A DNA stretch of 63,754 nt, the filler included, from Chiloscyllium plagiosum (Eukaryota): assembly GCF_004010195.1 (NCBI RefSeq). It is 3 parts of one record of this genome, joined end to end, with 100 filler letters (N's around TTAATTAATTAA, not from the genome) between each part and the next. Parts side by side here need not be neighbours in the genome. Positions count along the whole stretch, not along the records: positions 40,293 to 63,754 come from NC_057710.1; 2 more parts are not named here. One strand, written 5' to 3'. How positions within the stretch are numbered: the first letter of the stretch is position 1; the number at the start of each line of letters is the position of its first letter. Below the pieces are notes generated by a model, which was not told where the DNA came from, ran no database searches, and saw only the letters and a program-made list of their open reading frames with translations. The translations under genes and the position numbers were made by a program. Shown piece by piece: positions 48,517 through 61,396 of the stretch.

Positions 48517-51500
48517 GATTGAATTGAATTGAATTGAATTTATTGTCACGTGTACCGAGGCACAGTGAAAAGCTTTATCTTGCGAGCAATACAGGCAGAT
48601 CCCATAGTTAAATAGCATCAATAAGTAAATAATAGGTAAACAGAGACAAAAACAAAAACACAGGTACAGGCGAATGTTAAGAGTTTGTGAGTCCATTCAG
48701 TATTCTAACAACAGTAGGGTAGAAACTGTTTTGAAACTGGTTGGTTCAGGCTTCTGTACCTTCTCCCAAATGGTAGAGGTTGTAGAAAAACATTGGGATG
48801 AATCTTTGAGAATGCTGGCGACCTTTCCTTGACAGCGGGCCTGGTGGATCGATTCTATAGATGGAAAGTTGGCTTTTATGATTGTCCGGACCGAGTTCAC
48901 CATTCTCTGTAACCATCTCTGATCTTGAATGGGACAGTTGCCATACCAGGCAGTGATACATCCAGACAGAATGCTCTCAATGGCTCACCTATAAAAGTTG
49001 GCAAGGGTATTCGCCGTCATGCCAAATTTCCTCAGCTGCCTGAGGAAGAAGAGACGTTGTTGGGCCTTTGTAACTAGTGCGTCCACATGAAGAGTCCAAG
49101 AAAATTTGCTGTTGATGGCCACTCCCAAGAGCTTGACACCTCCACTCGTTCCACCTCTGTGCTGTTGATGTGTAAAGGGGGCATAAGTAACATCCAGCCG
49201 AAAGTCAATAATGGTTTTGTCAGCATTGGAGCTAGGTTGTTCTCAGTACACCATTTTTCCAAGTCTTCCATCTCCCATCTGTAATCTGTTTCATTGCCAT
49301 CTGAGATTCGACCGACTATGGTGGTGTCATCAGTGAACTTGTAAATGGCATTAGTCTGGTATTTCGCGAAGCAATCATGGGTGTAGTGAGTACAGTAGGG
49401 GGCTGGGTACGCACCCCTGGGGGGCTCCAGTCTCGAGTGTTGGTGATAGTCTTCACTGATTGTGGGTCAGGAAACTGAGGATCCAGTTGCAGAAAGTGGG
49501 GCTTAGTCCAAGATCATTAAGTTTAGTAATCAGTCTCAAGGGGATAATAGTGTTGAAGGCTGAACTGTAGTCAATGAGTAAGATGTTCTAGGGAGGAGTG
49601 AAGAGCAAATGATATGGCATCTGACATGAATCTTGGTCCGATAGGCCAATTGGAGTGGGTCAAGAGTAGTTAGGAGGCTGGAGTTGATTAATGCCATGAC
49701 CAGCCTTTCAAAGCACTTCATGACCACCGATGTTAGGGCCACTGGGCTGTAGTCATTGAGACATGCTGCATGAGCCCTCTTAGGCACAGGGATGATGTTG
49801 GCTCTCTTGAAACAGGCAGGGACAGTGGCCTGCTGCAGGGAGAGGTTGAAGATGTCTGAGAATACCTCTGCCAGTTGATCTGTGCATGCTCTGAGAGCAC
49901 GGCCTGGTATTCCGTCTGGTCCCATCGCCTCCCTTGGATTCACACAAAGGAAAACTGATCTGACTTCTGATGCAGTGACTGTTGGGACAGGTTCGTCTGG
50001 ACTTGTCAGAATAGGTGTTACCTCTTCGCCGAGAGTCTGCTCAAAGCGAGTATAAAAGGCATTGAGATGATCTGGGAGGTATGTGTCATCATCTGCTATC
50101 TTGCACTGTCTTTTTTTAGAACCTGTGATATCATTCAGTCCTTGCCATTGTTGCTGGGTGTCTGTCTGGGTCCCTAGTTTGGATCAGTATTGGTCCTTGG
50201 CTGTCTTAATGGCTCTGCGAAGGTCATACTTGGATTCCTTATATTTTAGTGGGTCTCCTGATCTGAAGGCTTCACACCTGGTTTTTAGCAGGTTCTGTAT
50301 GTCCTGATTCATCCAGGGTTTCCTGTTGGGGAACACCCAGATTGACTTCCTTGGTATACAGTCCTCCATACACTTGCTGATAAAGTCTGTGACGATGGTG
50401 GCGTACTTGTCCAAGGTACCTGCGGACTATTTGAACATGACCCAATCAGCTAATTCCAGACAGCACTGGAGTTGATCCTCTGCTTCCTCCGACCAGCACT
50501 GAACCTGTATCCACGAGGGGGGTCTCCTGCTTGAGCTATTGCCTATAAGCCGGGAGAAGAAACACAGCATTGTGGTCGGAGTTCCCAAAATGAGGGCAGG
50601 GGATGGAGTGGTAGGTATCTTCCATAGTGCTGTAGCTGTGGTCAAAAATGTTTGGGCCCCTGGTGGGGCAGGTAATGTTCTGGTGGTAGTTGGGCAACAC
50701 TTTCCTTAGATTGACTTGATTGAAGTCACCAGTTACAATAAACAGGGCCTCGGGGTGTTCTGTCTCCAGGGTGTTAGTGGTGAAGTACAGCACATCCAGA
50801 GCTTCTTCAACCTTTGCTTGTGGCGGTATGTACACAGCAGTTAGTATAGCAGCGGTAAATTCCTGTGGTAGATAGAAGGGGTGACACTTGATGGTGAGGA
50901 GTTCAAGGCTACCCAGGATTGCAATGTCCATGCACCACAAGTTGTTGATTAAAAAGCAAACCCCTCTACCCTTTGACTTACCCGAGGATGCTGTGTGGTC
51001 CATACGATGGATAGAAAAACCATCAGCCTGAAATGCGCAGTCGGGAAGGGTTGGGTTGAGCCAGGTTTCTGTGAAGCAGAGTGTGCAGCAGTCCCGCAGT
51101 TCATGCTGGAAGCTGAGACGTGATCTGAGTTCATCCATCTTGTTCTCCAGAGATTGTACATTTGCTCGGAGTAAGCTAGGAAGGGGGGTCTTGAAACTGC
51201 ATAGTCTCAGTCTTACTAGCAGGCCGGCACACTTACCCCTCTTCCTCGCAGGTTTCTTACATTTCAGTGGTCCGGTGGTCTGGTGGAGTGGATTATGACT
51301 GCTCCAAGTTAAGTGATCCTTCCAGGACCCTGTGGAGCAGGTATGTAGCAGTTTAGTATAATTTGCAGAGGGTCTGCTTAGGATCTAGTGAAGCAGGTAA
51401 TTTACTGTGTGTTTTTTTTTCCCAGGTCCAGCCATGTTTTTTACAGAAGTGTTTGGGCTGGTCTCAAGGTACGTTCTGATCGATTTCATGTCAGGCAGGG

Positions 51501-51795
51501 GTCTTATGGGGCCGGGAATGTTTCGTGTTGGTTCTCCTTCCAGGGGCAGGTCTCTTGGGTCCCTTTTCTGGCAGGCCCCAAGCCTGGGGCTTGCTTAGGC
51601 TGCCTCCGGCTGGCCTGGCTTTCTTCTGGGGTGGTCAGATGTGTCGTGGGCACCATGAGGTCTGCTGCCTTCATCCAGTAAGCTGGCTTTGAGGATCAGA
51701 GGAGCTTCAAACCTGTGAGCTTAGATAAAACATAATTATTAGTAATTTTTAAAAGTATGCTGTTAAGTGTAAAGAGTGTAGCACAATTAACCCTC
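48517..51795 (-). mobile_element. Rex1/Babar LINE, near full length but disrupted
   Basis: APE domain CFTETWL, GVCFLINN.WC, GDFN, FGNSDH. RT GPDGIPGRAL, NDYSPVALTSVVMKCFERLV, LDPLQ.AYR. 3' end GTGACAATAAA(TTCAA)n. The 5' boundary is approximate. Confidence 0.88.
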
Positions 51796-52099
51796 TGATT
51801 TGGCTGCCACTGCAAGGATTATCATTGCGCACCCACTGCTTGTCAAAATAGTCTCAGGGCCTTCATTCTCAGGACTTAATGCCATGCAGGAAAATCCTGG
51901 CAATGGGAATTATCCTTGCAGCAGCAGTTGGATCCCTGAGGGGAGCAGCAGCTTGATTCAGGCCCATCAATGACAGCAACTCATACAGCAACTCCCAGAG
52001 GGAATATGACAAGGGGTTCCCTCACCCACAGCCACGTGCAGCTCCATTGGTGGCGAGGTGATAGACAGAGAGCTCCATCTCGAAGGTGACGATACCAGC

Positions 52100-52440
52100 T
52101 CTAACATGGATTTAGAGCAACAGTGAACGTTCTGAACAGCTCTCAATAAAAGTGCCTCAGAAGACATCTACAGTCCGCTGAAAGCAAGCATCAGTCTACA
52201 AGAACTTATGGCCATGCCCTGCTGGTGACTGTGAACATTACCAATGGCTTCTTCCAATGACCTGCTCTGACATATCCAGGATGTCATACTCAGCCTCCCA
52301 GAAGTGCCCCAGTTACGTTGCTGATGCTTTGCCCGCAAATTCTGCAAATCCGATCAACTTTGCCACGGATGAGGTGAATCAATTTCATGGAACTGTTGGC
52401 CATGTAACTTGGCTGGATTCCCACAGGTCCAGGAGATGAC
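52100..52440 (+). pseudogene. PIF/Harbinger transposase N-terminal relic
   Basis: Broken frames read KCLRR, NGFFQ, DISRMSYSASQKCPSYVADAL...INFATDE and GFPQVQ, resembling HARBI1-type transposases just before the first catalytic Asp. Confidence 0.6.
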
Positions 52441-53370
52441 TGAAACCTTAAAATGGAAGTGGGCAAATGGGCAATGGTCATCTGGCTCATGAGTAACTGT
52501 CCCATGGCCATTGGCCAAGAGTGGTTAGAGAGTTGATTGACATAGCATTGATGTCCAGCTCCCAACATAAGTTCTATTAACAGGAACAAGAGGGGAGGAA
52601 GCAGCAAGAAGATTCAAGGAGATAAGTCCACCAGCACCCTGGGGGAAGATTAGGTGATCCCCTTTAACATCAGCCCGAGGGTGTAGAAGTGATGTGATGA
52701 CCTTGTAGCACTGAGATGAGGAGGAATTTCTTCAGCTACAGGATAGCTAATCTGTAGAACTCAGCCTCCACATCCTTCTGTGGCAATATAGCATTAAGTG
52801 CTTTTAAGACAGAGATGGATCAGTTCTTGATGAGTAAGAGGATCAAAATTTATGGGGAAAAGCAGGAGAATAGGGTTCAGAAACATATCAGCCATGATCA
52901 AATGGCCTAGTTCTGCTCTTAGATCTCATCGGCTAATAGTCTTAAAGTAAAGATTATTAGTACTGAGGCCACCAAAGACTTTCTGAGGTCACCACATAAG
53001 GACATAAGACCATTGGAAAATGGAAATATATCGCCCCTACTCCACATTCTATGCATTGGCTCCAGGATTAATAAGGCATTCCTACCAGTCTCAGGTTGGA
53101 TATTTCCTTATTTACCTAATTAACTAATATATCATACGTAAACCACTGCTTCTCAATAAACTATCAGAAAATTGAAATAAATCGTCGACTGCTTTTATTA
53201 GATAACTGCAATCACAGACCCCTGAAAACCAGCAGTGACGATATTTATAAATGATTGTGCAATGTTCAACTCCTTTTGCAGCTCCTCAGAGACAGAATCT
53301 ATTCATGTCTGACTTCAGCAAGTCCAGGGCAACATGTAGGCTTGGACTGAAAAGGGGCACATAACATTCA

Positions 53371-53605
53371 TTTTTTTTTTTAGGCAGCAGCAGTGGAGGT
53401 CCTGGGGAGGGGTCCAAGGCGTGTCCCAGGCAGCAGTGGTTGGAGGCAGGCCTCAGACAACAGCAGCAGCGGAGGCAGGCCTCTGGCAAGTCCTGGGCAG
53501 GCCCTTGGTCGCAGTGGTGGGGGCAGACTTGTTGGAGAGAGTCCCCAGGGCAAGTCCCAGGCAGCCCCAAAATTGAGTCCCAGGCAGCAGCAGTGGAGGT
53601 GGGCC
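53371..53605 (-). mobile_element. Unclassified 235-bp polyadenylated insertion
   Basis: Perfect 15-bp TSD GGCACATAACATTCA (53356-53370 / 53606-53620). T11 at 53371-53381. 19-bp direct repeats at both ends. Confidence 0.8.
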
Positions 53606-53854
53606 GGCACATAACATTCACACAAGCAATGACCATCTCCAATTAGAGAGAACCTTGTGATCATCACTTGACATTCAATGATGCTACAATCACCTAATTC
53701 CCTCATTATCAACATTCTGATTGTTGTCATTGACCAGAAATTGAACTGGACCAGCAATATAGATACTGTGGCAACACAACCAGGTCATAGGCTGAGAATA
53801 CTGTGGTGAGTAACTCATCTCCTGATTTCTCAAAATCTGTCTACCATCACTAAT

Positions 53855-55507
53855 TACTGTGGAGAAGGGCATGGAAGCTAGAGAACTTCAGGAAATAAAT
53901 AGTGGTATCTTGAAAAGTGTCAATATTATAAAAGAGGAGGTGTTAGATACCTTAAAAGGCATGAAGGTTGGTAAATCTCCAGGACCTGATCAGGTGAATC
54001 CCAGAACTTTGATGGAAGCTAGGTAAGTGATTGGTGGGCTCCTTGCTGAGATATTTGTATCATCCATAGCTACAGGTGACTTGCCAGAAGACTGGAGGTT
54101 AGTTAATGTGGTGCCATTATTTAAGAAAGCTAATAAGGAAAAGCCAGGGAACTATAGACCAGTGAGCCTGATCTCAGTAGTGAATAAGTTGTTGGAGGGA
54201 ATCCTGAGGGACAGGATTTATATGTATCTGGAAATGCAAGGACTGATTAGGGATAGTCAACATGGCTTTCTGCATGAGAAATCATGTCTCACTAATTTTA
54301 TGGAGTTCTCTAAGGAAGTGCCAAAGAAGATTGATGAAGGCAGAGCAGTGGAGGTGATATATATGGATGTCAGCAAGGGGTTTGACAAGATTGCAAATGG
54401 TAGACTGATTAGCAAGGTTAGATCTCATGGAATCCAACAGGAGCTAGTTAATTGGATACAAATTGGCTTGAAGGTAGGTAACAGGAAGTGGTAGTGGAGG
54501 GTTGTTTTTTGGACTGGAAGCCTGTGTACCAGCAGTGTGCCACAAGGATTGGCGCTGACTCCACTGCTTTTCACCATTTACATAAATGATTTGGATGTGA
54601 ATATAGAAATCCATAGTAAGGTTGCAGATAACACCAAAATTGGTGGCATAATACACATTGAAGAAGGGTTTCTAAGATTACAAACAAATCTTGATCAAAT
54701 AGGTCAATGGGCTGAAAAATGGCAGATGGAGTTCAATCTGGATAAATGTGAGGTATTGCATTTTGGTACAAAAAACAAGGATAGGGCTTATACAATGAAT
54801 GGTAGGGCCTTGGGTAGTGTTGTAGAATAAACGGACCTAGGTGTGCAAGTACATAAACATTTGAAGTTTGCTTCACATTTGGACAGGGTGGTTAAAAAAG
54901 CATTTGGCATGTTTGCCTTCATTGCTCATTCCTTTGAGTACAGGAGTAGGGAAGTCATGTTGAGGTTGAACAGGACATTGATGAGGCCTATTCTGGAATA
55001 CTGTCTTCAGCCCAGTGACAGGAAAGATATTATTAAAGCTGGAGAGGGTTCAGAAAAGTTTTACCAGGATATTGCTGGGTATGGGATGTTTCAGTTGTAG
55101 AGAAAGGTTGGATAGGCTTGGACTTTTTTAACTGGAGCAGAAGAGGTTGAGAGGTGACCTGATAAAGGTTCATAAAAAAATAAAAGTGATGGGTAGAGTT
55201 AATGGTAGTTGTCTCTTCCTTCGGATGGGAAATTAAGACTGGGGCACATTTTTGAGTTGAGAGGAGAGAGATATAAGAAAGACATGGGGGGCATGTTTTT
55301 CACAGAACATGGTTCACTTGTGGAATGAACTTCCTAAAGCAATGTTTAAAAGGCATTTGGATAGATATATGAATAGGAAAGGTTTGGAGGCATGTGGGCC
55401 AGGACCAGGCAGGTGGGACTAGTTTAGTTTGGGATTATGTTCGGCATGGATTGATTGGACCAAAGGGTCTGTTCTGTGCCGTATGATTCTATGACTCTAT
55501 GATTCTA
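53855..55507 (+). mobile_element. CR1 LINE, 5'-truncated ORF2 (RT)
   Basis: ORFs 54027-54494, 54537-54830 and 54843-55100 carry consecutive CR1 RT motifs. (ATGATTCT/ATGACTCT) tail. Confidence 0.92.
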
Positions 55508-58500
55508 AAAGGAAGGCTTTAGCAAAAACATACATCTCCCCTTCAGGACAAACAGCAGTCTGTGATGCTACCTCTTGGCAGTCTAAATGTGTTCCTCACT
55601 TAATCTGATTCACTTCCACTGGTTGTAAGTGATGCTAAACATATCTCTCAAAGTGCTTCCTTGAGGGAAATCCTGGTAAATAATCAAGTTCCCAAATGGA
55701 GACTGGTTTCTGACACCAAAACAATCCCAGTTCCTATTTTGTAACCTCCATGCTGAGTGACTATCAAAAATAACAACTATTTCCACATTGCTCATACATC
55801 TTTGTACTTTCTTTTTCCATCTCTTAGTGAAAATCTAAGATTTGAATATTCCTATTCTCTCTGAGCCAGTTTTCTGATTTCCACCCTCATTAAACTTCAG
55901 TTTATCCAAATCATTATATCCTGTCAGCAGCAATTCCCAATCAGGCATCACTCCTGTATTCACTGACCTGCATTGGTTAGCAGGGCACAAATTTCAATTT
56001 CATAGCCTTGCCCTGCCCTACTCTATAATTTCTTCAAGCCCTCAAATCCTAATTGTATTCTTTGGACTCTGGTTTCTTGCATTTCATGTCTTCCTTTCTT
56101 AGTGATTTTACCTTCAGCTGTCCAGGCACTACACCCTGGAATTCCTTTCTTCAACTTCTCTGTCTGGCTTCACCTCACTCTCCCTCCTTCTTAAACATTC
56201 AACTTACAAAGCTTTGACTGTCTTTACCACTGATCTCAGTGTTTTTTTTTCAGCATCTATTTTTGTCTGATTGTGATTCCATGAAACATATTGAGAACAG
56301 CAGAGATCTAGGGCATCCTGACCCCTGCTGTGTTTAAGTTCTCTGCTCCCTATACACTCACCCCTCTGGTTTCGGTCTCTGCACTGCATTTTCATTTTTT
56401 TTTTAGTGCTCCTTATTCTTTCACTGATTTAATCTAAGTCCGAAAAGGTATCTTTTTATACCCAGGATAGTTTGTTAGCAATAGTTAAGGTTTATACTGA
56501 AGTGAAAAAATGTACGGCTGTGTCATATCCAGCAGTCTATAGTTGAACATACGCAGTCAAAGTGAGAGATGCCGCTGTCAGACAATAAAACCCTTCCATT
56601 TTAGACAGCTTGTGTCAACATCTGGAACTCTCCGATTCAATGTAGCATAGATTAGGTGAATTCAATGCTCGTTAATGTGTCTTCAATAATGTGTCTAATC
56701 TACAACTTTAGAAACAGTTACATATCAGGTGAATTTGCATTTCTCATATTAAACATGCAACCTGATTGAGAATAAGCACAAAATTAAAGTCAACTGGTAT
56801 TGATTAGCAACAATTTGTAGCCTGAATATCCATTTCAAACAGAATTAACTACCTCAAGTTATCATTCCTATAATCCTTAAAGCCAGCTCAGAAAGGAGAG
56901 TGTTACTGCATCAGGTTGAGCTAGATTGGCACCTATAACTGAAAAAAAAATTGCAATATTTTAAGGTCTATTTATGGTATTTCGCTTTGATATGGTTGCA
57001 TGCTGTGTAATAAACTGTTAAAACTCAGGATCCTTCACATATTGCCCCATACCGTGAAATCATGTTGTTGTGCCAAAGTGAGCAACAGAGAAGAAATATT
57101 TTAATTGTTCCACTTAATCTTGATTAAGTTGATGCCATTCGATTTTTTTTATTTTTTATTTTTTTTTTGAACATGGCCTTGAAGTTTCAAAGTCTTTCCA
57201 GCAAGCTTAATGATGAACTCTGTGGCACATCATCCTGCCATTGTCAAGATGGATAACTAAGTTGGGCTGAACCAATTTGTGTATTTTCCATAAATGGGAA
57301 AATGATCAAGGTGTTATCTCACATAAATCTGAGAGGGTTTGAATGAGGAAATTGCAAAAGTAAACAAAATATGAATGTGCATTGCCAAAGCAATCGATCA
57401 CAGAACAAAAATTAATATATTGGCCTTGTGGAAGACCTTGCCCAGGCCTCATAGAGAAAAATATATTCAGATGTTGCTCCCTCACAGGCAGAGTGAGACA
57501 GAGAATTTGGAAAATATTCAGAAAAGGACCATAAGCTGATGTCCAGTTTAACTGCCATTTCCCAGACAGATGTAGAGTGGAAAATGTAGCTAAAAAGCTT
57601 GAGATTTTAAAAATAATAACAGAATTGGATTTGGCTTATCTGGATTGATATCCGAGTTCAATAGCATAGAGAGAGATAGTGGACTTGAACATAAATTTAA
57701 ATTAACCTCAACCAGTTAGGTCTCAGTTATTTCCTCTCACAGTGAATCGCAAGAAACAGGTTATCCGATCTTGCACTGACTACCAAATCACTGTGAAAGA
57801 GAGTTGGCTGTCTTGCTTGTTGAGGCTGTCATCATAACACATAAAAGCTAAATGTGATATTGAAGGATGTTTCCCTATAATGCTACTGACTCCTGAAACT
57901 TACTTAATCAATTTCAGAGTCTGAAAAGGAATCTTGGAGTGTTTCCTTTCACCTACCCCTGGAATGTTTTGCCTTTTCCAGCAGATTACTTGATGTAAAA
58001 TGGAGAGATCTTGGGATTAAGGTGAAGTTGAGTTATGGTCATTATGTGCGGAAGTTGCACCAGCGTAGTGTAAGACAGGCTATTTGTACTAATCCATTAT
58101 ATTTGTATTTTTAGAACATCTGGCAACCTACTTACACATTAAGAAGCTGATTTCCAACATATTCTTCTGGTGCCTGTTTGAGAGGATTTTTAATCTTAAG
58201 ATCGCCCATGATTTCCCTACTCCATTTGCTGTCTGATCTTCCTAATCAACCACAAGATTTCTATCATTTGGAAAAGATTAAAAATATTCTGTCTGGAATC
58301 AAAGCTGTGAAGCAATGCCAGATTGTTGCTCCTTGATTGGGGTACTAAGCCTTGCAGCATTCATTGCAATCCGCTTGTCTTGAGCCCAGATGAAATCTGC
58401 ATTTTTGGTCTGGTTGAGGGTGCTATTCTGAGAAAGAAGTCACTTGATTGAGATTGTTCCAATCAGTGTTGTCAGAGAGCCAACCTTGTGGCTGCAATTC

Positions 58501-60374
58501 CTTTCAAAAGACTTGGATAGAGACCAAGAGGTAGTCTAACATGCCAATTGGCACTTTGTTGACTACTTCCAAGTTATCAGGAAGACAGTCAATGTTAAAT
58601 TTATTTCCAGTCAGAGAGGCAGCTGGATGAATACAAATGTAACTGTAAAAGTCTATGATATTGTTATTGTGGGGTAATTTAGCTTTTGTTTCCTAAGGAA
58701 TGCTAATGGCAATAAATGAATTTGCTTTGTTTGCTTAAGAACTTCAATACAAATCATTTAAAAATCCTTCATTCAAAATATTGCCTGGAGGATAGTGCCA
58801 ACAGAATGTTGAACTATAGAAAGATTTCTTAAAAATTAATTTAGGGTACATTGCTGTTAAATGTGAGTAGGTTATGGTCTTGTTTATTGAGCTATCAAAA
58901 AATGGTGGACAAATAATTAGCGGCATCAAATTTCATTTGCTGAGGTGAAACTGAAAAGAATTAACCATGACAAGATTATCAATGTCTGCCTAGACCAGAG
59001 CTAAACCCAAATGAGTATGCACAATTTGCATTGTAAGCTTAATGAACAGTACCCAAGGTTGGCAGCTTATCCATGAGGGAACAGGTAAATCATTGCCTAC
59101 CCCTGACTGAAGATTCTAAATACATGCAGTACCTTGAAGTCATTCTGCAATGTTACTGCATGAAGAAGAAAATGCAAAGCTTCTGTGGGAACATCTTAGT
59201 GGTTAGTGAAGCATTATTAACCTGTGAGATATAAAGCTGGCCAGTTGTAGATAGTCATGTAAATATATCTTCCAGGTGTTTAGATGAAATTTCCAAAAGG
59301 GATGTCTTGTCATGCAGTCATAACACTCCTTCTTTGAGACCAGAAGCTCTGGGTTTTGGTTCCATGCCAGGGTCTACTGGCCATATCAAAGCCAGATGAT
59401 TATCTGCTTGTAAAACCATATAGTATGCATGTGGCAGGCACTGAGAATGGGAGGATCTTTTGGGCAACCATCCTGCAGTAAACCATGGCAAATCACTGAG
59501 TGGAGCAATCATTTGGAAATCTATGGTCTAACCCTTGGAAATGAAGACAGGAGAAAAGACAGATAGATGGGTAGACCATTCAAAGAGTTTGTTCACTTCT
59601 GTAATGGACATTCAGGGAGAAGCTATTGAGAACTAAAATGATTGTTGACTATTGGAGTAGAGAAAAGGAATCACCCGGATTGAACATGAAGGAATACTGG
59701 CATCTGAGAGGAAGGTAAGTGATGCATTGTTGGATACGCAAACTATCACAACTCACTGGGGTATCATAATGGGAATCAAGCCCACTATTTCCAGAATTGT
59801 CACAAAAATGAAAGATTTTAAAAAGTTGCCATTGTCCTGCAATTTACGTGTCCTCGAGACCTGGGTTGACAGAAAGCTTGGATAAGATTTCTGTACTTCA
59901 CAATAACAACAACTTACAACAAGTAAATAGAGTCGAGCTATAATTATAGTGTCAGAACATAATTCTAATTCCCTTATAGACTCCATTTTACTGATACAGA
60001 CACACACAAGAAAAAATAAACCATGGCCATTACGGATGGAAGGAACACAGGGAAAGCAGTTTGGTGGTCATAGTGGTGACCATTCATTCCTTCAGTGGTG
60101 TATTCACCATAAGGAACAAATATTGCAGACACCAACACAGATATCAGCACAGTGATTGGAACTTCTTGTTGCAAGAATGGAATGGCAGAGGTGAGCATAA
60201 ACAAATAGCCTGTGTCAGGGAAGGCTGTGAAGATGATGTTCTCAATAGCAGTTTCTTTTCCAAACACCATCTACCAGGACAGAGGTACTGAAGCCTGGCC
60301 ATCAATAGAAAAATAACTCTTGGGTATATGGTAGCATCTGTATGAGAGTTTATCTGTCCCTCCAAAAGTACTAG

Positions 60375-60825
60375 AAAGTGAGGACTGCAGATACTCGAGT
60401 TCAGATTCAAAAGTGTGATGCTGGAAAAGCACAGCAGGTCAGGCAGCATCCAAGGAGCAGGAGAGTTGACATTTCGAATCAGGAATGAAGGTGTACCCAA
60501 AGGGGCTGAGAGCTAAATGGGAGGGGGGTGGAGTTGGGCGTAAGGTAACTGGGAATGCGATAGGTGAATGAAGGTGAGGGTGAAGGAGATAGGTCAGAGA
60601 GGAGGGTGAAGCCCACCTATCCGCTCCACCTTCCTCTCTGACCTGTCACCATCACCCCCACCTTCATCTACCCATCGCATTCCCAGCCCCAACCCCCCCC
60701 CCCTCCCATTTATCTCTTAGCCCCCTTGGGTGCACCCCTCATTCCTGATGAAGAGCTTATACTCAAAACGTTGACTGTCCTCCTCCTCAGATGCTGCCTG
60801 ACCTGCTGTGCTTTTCCAATACCTT
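60375..60825. mobile_element. PLE-derived fold-back element (~450 bp)
   Basis: 60421-60610 is the reverse complement of ~60625-60818. The right arm has the HHR-like CTGATGA-A-GAG-CTTATA-CTC-AAAA-CGTT (60741-60775). The left-arm HHR lacks stem II. Confidence 0.82.
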
Positions 60826-61396
60826 CAAGTGTACGGTCAAGGGGAATGGACTACCCCTCACTCTCACCTTAACCCATGTGAGGTGATTTTCCAGGGTTTT
60901 GCAATTCTGTATTTTATCCACGGAATCAACAATTAGACTGGTTCAATACTTCCTGGCTTACAAATGTTTACTCATTGAATTAAATGTTCCCTGTCATTCA
61001 CTTGTAATTTTTCAAAGACCATAACAGATATTCTTCCTCACAACAGGGTTACAATCTTCTCACTTTCTATTTAATATTTTTTTCAGTTCTTTTCTTAGTT
61101 TACTGCATCCCTTTTGTTACTTTAATCCACTAACATCCCTTTCATTATTTTTCTTTTAGCCTCTAATTTACACTTTTTCCTTCATATTTGTCAGCCTGTT
61201 TCTTTCTTTATAGTTTTATTTTATTGGTTAAGGGATAGACCATTGAGTACAATGTTAATGACAAACCATATCTGATGTTAACATGCTGTGTTAACAAATC
61301 TTCTTTCCAGGAGTAAAAACAGAAAAATGCTAGAGAAAGTCTGCAGAACATAATTCTGAAGAAGATCATGTCGGACACAAAATGTTAGCTTTGTTT

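Noticed and set aside
59974..60270. 98-aa hydrophobic ORF as a membrane protein
   Set aside because: No recognisable family motif and no exon context. Its length is compatible with chance.
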